Source of the DNA: a virus
Lineage: Duplodnaviria; Heunggongvirae; Uroviricota; Caudoviricetes
Reading direction: 5' to 3' (one strand)
DNA: 64,000 nucleotides
IMG/VR virus record: IMGVR_UViG_3300048599_000194
Span: 96,001 to 160,000 of that record
Part shown: one piece after another, positions 58,840-64,000 of the stretch
How positions within the stretch are numbered: the first letter of the stretch is position 1
Layout: each line of letters opens with the position of its first letter
Notes under the pieces: generated by a model
Database searches by the model: none
Seen by the model: the letters and a program-made list of their open reading frames with translations, nothing else
Told to the model about the DNA's origin: nothing
Program-made: the position numbers and the translations under genes

Positions 58840-59614
58840 TATTCGTAATAGTTTTAATGAAATTTGCGAGTTCAAAGATATTAAGAATCTAAAAGGATTA
58901 GCTTATTGTATATTCCAAAATGATGACGATAGAGTACAAATACCTTATTTCGATGAGGTATATGGTGAAATTATTAAGCTATTATCAAAGATGGAATTGG
59001 CTAAAAATATTGAATTTGTATTATCCGAAGAATATATGAAAATGCGTAATATCGTTAAGGTTAATTACTATGATGCAGTTGATATGGGAATAAGCACTGA
59101 AATGGCGATTGAAGGCCACGCATACGAAACTATGACCGCCATATTACAAAAGATTCTCGATGAGATTATGAATAGAACCTCGCATGCAACAATAGATCTT
59201 AATCTTCAAAAAACTAGATGGTCTACTGAGAAATTTACAATTCTCTCCGGATACTTGAAACCTAATCGTAAATACATTGTCAGTCCTTCAGTTGCCAGCG
59301 CAATTAGGTCAGTGCAACACAATGTTGACATTAAAAATGGAGATCAATTACTATCTCCTTTTTATCATAACCAATCAGTAGTTTTTGTTGATATATTTTC
59401 AACTGTGGATTATCTGATGGAAGTCCCAAATAAAATTACAGTACATCTAGATCCTATAATTAAAATGGCAGTTAAACCTCGCGAGACTAGCTTCGATTCT
59501 ATGGTTGTAGAGGCTACCATTTCATTAGAAATTGGATTCGAACCTACTGGATGTATTAACGAAATAGTCGGGTTGAATTCTTGGGTTGAAAATGCAGAAG
59601 TTTCAAAAAACTGA
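58826..59614 (+). CDS. Hypothetical, possibly degenerate gp23/gp24 capsid-like fragment
   Basis: Start MKKSD after GGAG; YIVSPSVASAI and VFVDIFSTVDYL echo gp23 motifs (weak, by eye). Confidence 0.45.
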   Translation: MKKSDIRNSFNEICEFKDIKNLKGLAYCIFQNDDDRVQIPYFDEVYGEIIKLLSKMELAKNIEFVLSEEYMKMRNIVKVNYYDAVDMGISTEMAIEGHAYETMTAILQKILDEIMNRTSHATIDLNLQKTRWSTEKFTILSGYLKPNRKYIVSPSVASAIRSVQHNVDIKNGDQLLSPFYHNQSVVFVDIFSTVDYLMEVPNKITVHLDPIIKMAVKPRETSFDSMVVEATISLEIGFEPTGCINEIVGLNSWVENAEVSKN

Positions 59615-59903
59615 ACAGATCATCATTAGCGAGGCTATGGGAGCAAACCCATATAACTTCCCCTGCAATTCAATGAGACGTGGCGATGATAAGGAAGTCT
59701 CGAATCATCGGAGCAGAGGAAAATACCAAGTTGGTTCCTTGTTGTCTGAATTAACTCCAGAAGAACGAGAAGAATTAAAAGACTTCAATTCAGAAAGACT
59801 CTCCAGAACAGAAAAAGATTCTACCTGGAAAGAAATGGAATTCATTGGTCGAGAATACGGTACTAAACCAAAAGGAAAAGGACGATGGGGATCGCGCTCG
59901 TAA
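59586..59903 (+). CDS. Hypothetical protein
   Basis: ORF coupled to both neighbours; start may be ATG 59637. Confidence 0.5.
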   Translation: MKMQKFQKTEQIIISEAMGANPYNFPCNSMRRGDDKEVSNHRSRGKYQVGSLLSELTPEEREELKDFNSERLSRTEKDSTWKEMEFIGREYGTKPKGKGRWGSRS

Positions 59904-60154
59904 TCATAGGACTTCTCATAGTATTAGCAGCCTGCGTTGGAGGAATGATCTGGACTCAACGAGAACCAGAACAACAAACTATTCCATTATGGAAACCAAC
60001 TACATTGAATAAAGAAATCGAAGCAATTAAAAAAGAATATCCAAATGCTAAAATTACAGAAACAGATACTCATATAATTGTAGATGTTGAGATTGTACTA
60101 GAAAAGCCAGTGGAGAAAATTACAATTACTGGATGCGTGACTAGGAACAATTAA
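59885..60154 (+). CDS. Small protein with N-terminal TM/signal anchor
   Basis: MGIALVIIGLLIVLAACVGG (possible lipobox LAAC). Confidence 0.6.
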   Translation: MGIALVIIGLLIVLAACVGGMIWTQREPEQQTIPLWKPTTLNKEIEAIKKEYPNAKITETDTHIIVDVEIVLEKPVEKITITGCVTRNN

Positions 60155-60171
60155 GAACTTGGAGATTACCG

Positions 60172-60822
60172 ATGACAACTCTCGAAAAAACTCTCAAATA
60201 CATAAAGCGTAATTACCCATCTGCAATCGTTACAGTTAACGAAGACGAAAAGCGAATCGTTATTGATTATAGTACAGTGGCAGAAAAGCCAATTAAGAAA
60301 GTCCAAAATCCACATGCCACTAAGTGGACTCCAGTTATTAAACAATTCATCGGATACACTACAATTCCGCAACATAAAATGTTTAGTGAATTATTAGATA
60401 AAATCGTAGATTATGGAAATGAAATAAAATCTGATCCTAATCTAGAGATCCTCAAAGGTACTATATTCGCATGTAGCCTCAATATCATTAAGAAACTAAA
60501 AGAAGATCTACATTCTCTAATTCTCGTTAAGCCGCAACAAGAACCAGAATATCAACATCTCGTGACAATTGGAACATTCACTCCCCAAGATTTAATCCAA
60601 TCTGCAACAATGCTACAAGAATGCTTCGAAATAGTATTAGAAGCAGTCGATGATGAATATCGAAAGATAATACCAAAGGGGTACTTCTGTCTGCCAAAAG
60701 CTACACTAATCAAAATCAAATACGAAAACAATAACCTAGAAATATATACACCTAAGTTCCTACGAGTTCCAGAAGCACACGAAAACTTCACAGTGCCCTG
60801 GGAAGGTGCTCTACTAAAATGA
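60172..60822 (+). CDS. Hypothetical, possibly degenerate gp23-like fragment
   Basis: SD GGAG; KWTPVI and FTPQDL resemble gp23 N-terminal KWxPxL and ELxQDL motifs (weak). Confidence 0.45.
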   Translation: MTTLEKTLKYIKRNYPSAIVTVNEDEKRIVIDYSTVAEKPIKKVQNPHATKWTPVIKQFIGYTTIPQHKMFSELLDKIVDYGNEIKSDPNLEILKGTIFACSLNIIKKLKEDLHSLILVKPQQEPEYQHLVTIGTFTPQDLIQSATMLQECFEIVLEAVDDEYRKIIPKGYFCLPKATLIKIKYENNNLEIYTPKFLRVPEAHENFTVPWEGALLK

Positions 60823-61178
60823 ACTATCTATATCACCTATCACCTGAAAAGAATCTAATATCAATAAAAACACAAGGACTTAGAATCAATCAAAAACACG
60901 TAGGAGTTGCAACTACTAGAAATCTGAAGAAAGAATGGACCGTGAAATATGGATGCATTCCTATCTTCCTTATATCAGATCCAGGTATAGTACAGGATCT
61001 AATGCTAACACCAGATGCCATTAAAGAAATTAATTGGTATGTGTTTAAGGTCGAAGTGAATAATCTCACATTGACTTGCGCTACGTACCCAGGCGAATTC
61101 ATATGTACAGAAGACATTGAACCAAATAGAATTAAAGACACTAAGCAGTTAAAAGACTTCAAATTAGAAAGATGGTAA
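60819..61178 (+). CDS. ART-fold protein (KptA/Tpt1-like)
   Basis: LYHLSPEKNLISIKTQGL...IFL...EFICTEDIEPNRI. Confidence 0.65.
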   Translation: MNYLYHLSPEKNLISIKTQGLRINQKHVGVATTRNLKKEWTVKYGCIPIFLISDPGIVQDLMLTPDAIKEINWYVFKVEVNNLTLTCATYPGEFICTEDIEPNRIKDTKQLKDFKLERW

Positions 61179-61182
61179 GATA

Positions 61183-61413
61183 ATGGAAAGACATCTAGAT
61201 CAACAAAACTGGTTCGACCTAAAAGATAAACTAGGAAATAAAGAAGCTAGAAAACATCTAGTAAATGAATTACGTAAAGCCGCTGATCAAGTGGAAAAAG
61301 GCGGATACCCGGATGTATTCGGATGTCAACTTAAACCCGAACCAGATCCTAAATGGGGAGAACCATTCATCTGGACTATCTCGGTAACCCTATCATACCC
61401 GTGGCCAGGATGA
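61183..61413 (+). CDS. Hypothetical protein
   Basis: 76 aa ORF within the same operon. Confidence 0.55.
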   Translation: MERHLDQQNWFDLKDKLGNKEARKHLVNELRKAADQVEKGGYPDVFGCQLKPEPDPKWGEPFIWTISVTLSYPWPG

Positions 61414-61598
61414 TACTTAAAGAAAATTTCTATTGTTTTTCATTTATACTGCCATATAAAATCTTCGAAAGAATACTCCTTGATAGAGAATCATTTATAT
61501 TCGACTTCGAAGAACTAGTTAGGACAGCATTCATTAATAATGAACATTTCGAAGGATCTATGGTAAAATCTTTTGAGTTCTACTCATATAGACCCTAA
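61410..61598 (+). CDS. Hypothetical small protein
   Basis: ATGA-coupled start MILKENFY. Confidence 0.45.
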   Translation: MILKENFYCFSFILPYKIFERILLDRESFIFDFEELVRTAFINNEHFEGSMVKSFEFYSYRP

Positions 61599-61830
61599 AA
61601 AATTTTTTCAAAGAGGGGGTAGATAATATTATTAAAAGTTTGACCCCCACCCCCTATATAGACAATCAGATAACCTCTAATTCGAATACTGAATGAAATA
61701 GACAATGCGAGTTTCTGAGTGAGATAATTACAGGCCCTAAAATTTTTTTGAGAGGCCCTAAGCCCCCAGCCCCTGGGGGAGTCCCCCCACCCTATATGGG
61801 ATGCCGGGGTCCACCCCCACCCTCTCAGAA
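61593..61830. repeat. Non-coding repeat block (two units of about 140 bp period with A/T palindrome and C-tracts)
   Basis: CCCTAAAA(AA)TTTTTT..AGAGG at 61593 and 61735; CCCCCACCC(CC)TATAT at 61644 and 61784; a third CCCCCACCC at 61814. Confidence 0.7.
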
Positions 61831-61916
61831 TCCAATTCTGAATAGCCTAGAATCTCTTTCAGTTAATTAGCTACATCCTTGCACCTCCAATGTTCTCTCG
61901 CCCCTCCTAGCGCCTC

Positions 61917-62306
61917 TCAGTGCCCACCGAAAGGAATGGAGTTTTGGATCTGGTTTTGAGTCTGGGCGATCATACTATCCATGACGCCCGCCGATGCTTT
62001 GTGAAGTTCATTGTCCAGATTCTTAGATCCTTCAGATACCATATTGTCGCCCATATTCTGCACGGTTCCATTTACAGACTTGGCAACATTGTCGCAAGCC
62101 TGCCCGACGATGCTAGAAGCAATGTCCCCGATGAAGCCTTGGGAAGCCGTATCGGTCGAAGGGCTTGCCTTGACCACTTGGGCGACGTGGTGGCTCTTAT
62201 GCGCCCGGCGATGGCTCTTGTGGTTAGTCCCTTTCATTCCCAAGAGGCAAAGGACCACCCAGATGATGAGAGCGAGGCAGGCGAGATTCAGAATGAACTT
62301 GAACAT
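61917..62306 (-). CDS. Probable early secreted/membrane-anchored hypothetical protein
   Basis: Hydrophobic N-terminus then His-rich HKSHRRAHKSHH; TTGACT-N17-TATATT-N6-ATG. Confidence 0.65.
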   Translation of the reverse strand: MFKFILNLACLALIIWVVLCLLGMKGTNHKSHRRAHKSHHVAQVVKASPSTDTASQGFIGDIASSIVGQACDNVAKSVNGTVQNMGDNMVSEGSKNLDNELHKASAGVMDSMIAQTQNQIQNSIPFGGH

Positions 62307-62312
62307 GGAAAT

Positions 62313-62341
62313 AATATACAGCTACTTGAAAGAAAAGTCAA
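62313..62341 (-). promoter_or_regulatory. Sigma70-type (probably early) promoter, apparently leaderless
   Basis: TTGACT-N17-TATATT, 6 nt before ATG 62306. Confidence 0.75.
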
Positions 62342-62438
62342 GTGGCTTGCAGTTGGTTGAGCCTCTAGCAAATGAAATTCAATTTGTAAAGGGTGAAAAA
62401 TAAAAGACAAAAAGATATTCTTATCTACATATCACCCG

Positions 62439-62466
62439 AAAGAAAACCGGACCTTTCGATCCGGTT
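62439..62466 (-). terminator. Probable intrinsic terminator
   Basis: AACCGGA-N8-TCCGGTT stem followed by TTCTTT on minus, just after the DUF932 stop. Confidence 0.6.
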
Positions 62467-62483
62467 CTCTTCAGGTCTGAGGA

Positions 62484-63482
62484 TTAGACCAACGAGAGAG
62501 CGTAGGTGAACGCCTCTTCCTTGAACGTCGAGGCGGAACCGCCCAGAAGATTTCCGATGAACCGGGACTCTTCCTGAGTGTAGTTTCCAGCCCGCACGAT
62601 GCTTTCGTGCTCGCACCATTCCGTCACGGCATTGAATGCCGCCCAGACGGTCCCCGCAGTGCCGGACACGTTCGAGGTCGGGGAATTCCAGATCCTTTCC
62701 AGATCGGCGAGGCGTTCGAGAGCTATCGTGCGACCCTTGTTCTTGTTCTTCCCTTCCTTGAGAGCGGGAACCTCGCCCCATACCTTGCGGGCGATTTCCT
62801 CGACGGTGGCGAAGGTGGCGGACTTATCGGCCATGCGGGCGGCGATTTCCTGAGTCGTGGCGACTGCCACGAAGGTTTCGGAAAGAATCCCCTTCGCCTG
62901 AGCCATGCGATCCTGAACGCCTTTCGTATGCTTCAGATCCCAGCCATGCGCAAGCCCGACCTTTCCCTTTCGCTCGCCCAGCGCGGCCCCCAGCGTGTTC
63001 TGGCAGACGACGCGAACGGTGGTAGGCGTGACGGTCAAGCGCCGATTCCCGGCGTGGCCATTGGACAAGAGCAGGAAGGTTTCGACAGTATCCTTGCCCA
63101 GAGCGAAGCCCAGCGCGGGAACCTTCGCAAGCGCCCAGACGGTTTCCCCCTTGCCCAGAGCGCCCGCCGTTTCGACCTGCAATTCCGTGTCGAATTCGCG
63201 AAGGTCGTTCAGAAAGGCGAACATTTCGGAATTCTGAACCGGGGCGTATCCTTCGCCCACGACGCCCAGCGCCTTGCGATTGTCGGAACGGACCACGGCG
63301 CGATAGGATTCGAGGCCCTCGGTTTCAATCATATTGAAGGCGAGAGGTTCGAGCGAAACGGTCCAGTCGAGGCCCGCGACCGCCTGAAACTCCATCGGGG
63401 AAACCGGGGAGTCGATGATGGTGCCCAGTCCGTGCCATGCGGGAAGGCGAAGGGAAGCGAAGGTGTCGATGTTTGCGGCCAT
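62484..63482 (-). CDS. DUF932 (phage/plasmid TIGR03299-like) family protein
   Basis: PAWHGLG, AGLDWTV, LGVVGEGYAPVQN, ETAGAL..GETVW, LSNGH, VRVVCQNTL, GTVWAAFNAVTEW. Start at ATG 63482 after AAGGAG. Confidence 0.9.
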   Translation of the reverse strand: MAANIDTFASLRLPAWHGLGTIIDSPVSPMEFQAVAGLDWTVSLEPLAFNMIETEGLESYRAVVRSDNRKALGVVGEGYAPVQNSEMFAFLNDLREFDTELQVETAGALGKGETVWALAKVPALGFALGKDTVETFLLLSNGHAGNRRLTVTPTTVRVVCQNTLGAALGERKGKVGLAHGWDLKHTKGVQDRMAQAKGILSETFVAVATTQEIAARMADKSATFATVEEIARKVWGEVPALKEGKNKNKGRTIALERLADLERIWNSPTSNVSGTAGTVWAAFNAVTEWCEHESIVRAGNYTQEESRFIGNLLGGSASTFKEEAFTYALSLV

Positions 63483-63554
63483 GATATTCTCCTTGCCCCT
63501 TTGGGGCGGTGGTGGTGATCTGTAGCTTTTGGGGTTCCTTGCCCCGACAAACAA

Positions 63555-63583
63555 AAGATACTGCCAGATAGGATAGAAGTCAA
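63555..63583 (-). promoter_or_regulatory. Sigma70-type (probably early) promoter
   Basis: TTGACT-N17-TATCTT, the same class as 49443 and 53842. Confidence 0.75.
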
Positions 63584-63706
63584 CCCCATACGGGAGAATC
63601 TTTTTCGCTCCCGCGCATGATGATAATCCTCTAGCAAATGAAAATGAAATCGTCAAGGTCTTTACAGATTGCATTTCATTTGTTAGATGGAGATTCGCTC
63701 ACTCAC

Positions 63707-63739
63707 AAAAAAAGAGAGGGATCGCTCCCCCTCTTTTTT
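63707..63739. terminator. Bidirectional intrinsic terminator
   Basis: AAAAAAAGAGAGGGA-tcgc-TCCCCTCTTTTTT. Confidence 0.8.
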
Positions 63740-63749
63740 CTTGAATTGC

Positions 63750-64000
63750 TTAGATGGCCTTCAGGCGAGCGATCAAGCCGACCGTGTAGGTGCGGAGCGA
63801 TTCGACCACGCAACGGCGCAAGGCGGTGAAGCGATAGCCACGGGCGATCTCTTCCAAGGACAGGTGCGGGAGTCCCGTCATGGCCTTGATTTGGTAGGCA
63901 TGGAATCCGTCGTTGAAAAGGAGCGCGAACATCTGAAGAGTCTTCCGCTCTTCCTTGCTGAAGTGCTTCAGGTTCCACGCCCTGAAGACATTCCCGTTCC
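63750..64000 (-). CDS. Hypothetical protein (partial, start beyond window)
   Basis: Frame is open to the window end: ...NGNVFRAWNLKHFSKEERKTLQMFALLFNDGFH...LKAI. Confidence 0.6.
   Translation of the reverse strand, partial: NGNVFRAWNLKHFSKEERKTLQMFALLFNDGFHAYQIKAMTGLPHLSLEEIARGYRFTALRRCVVESLRTYTVGLIARLKAI

Noticed and set aside
59885-60300. Similarity of IIVDVEIVLEKPVEKITIT to the tail sheath C-terminal strand
   Set aside because: Too short and compositionally generic to support without a profile search.
62607-63518. 303-aa plus-strand ORF
   Set aside because: Antisense to the clearly recognisable DUF932 gene; long shadow ORFs are expected at high GC.
1-64000. Alternative genetic code (TAG/TGA recoding as in some jumbo phages)
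   Set aside because: Conserved genes are full length in code 11, genes tile densely, and TAG and TGA both serve as real stops (e.g. 18218, 23804, 56789).
61917-64000. Host chromosome flank or prophage attachment junction
   Set aside because: No integrase or att-like duplication is visible, the genes are phage-type, and the promoters match those in the AT-rich part. A chimeric assembly cannot be fully excluded without reads.

Overview
This 64 kb window is part of a large AT-rich T4-like (jumbo-type) myophage genome read in standard code 11; no tRNA, rRNA or CRISPR array was seen. About 1-44 kb is the virion morphogenesis region: an acidic prohead core-like protein, gp3-like tail terminator, fibre/baseplate proteins (gp6-, gp7-, gp25-, gp27-, gp53-, gp48/54-, gp26-like), spike, a dual cell-wall hydrolase, probable tape measure, two tail tubes, sheath gp18, neck gp14, terminase gp17 and gp15. 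About 44-61.6 kb is an accessory region of interleaved cassettes. A repeat-rich non-coding junction at about 61.6-61.9 kb separates it from a GC-rich segment of probable early genes. Main observations: (1) ten otherwise diverse accessory proteins (ART-fold, zincin, ParB/Srx, SWIM and unknown domains) share one 11-residue N-terminal tag, MK-h-h-x-x-G/N-x-h-Y-E, resembling a capsid-targeting and cleavage signal for a modular injected-effector set; (2) degenerate paralogs of terminase ATPase, prohead protease and probably major capsid protein all lie downstream of one non-late promoter class (possible immune decoys); (3) at least 21 genes have TAAATA exactly 5-6 nt before the start codon, implying widespread leaderless late mRNAs; (4) GCWGC appears strongly avoided; (5) a candidate +1 frameshift lies just before the tape measure gene. 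All family assignments come from reading motifs by eye, not from database searches.
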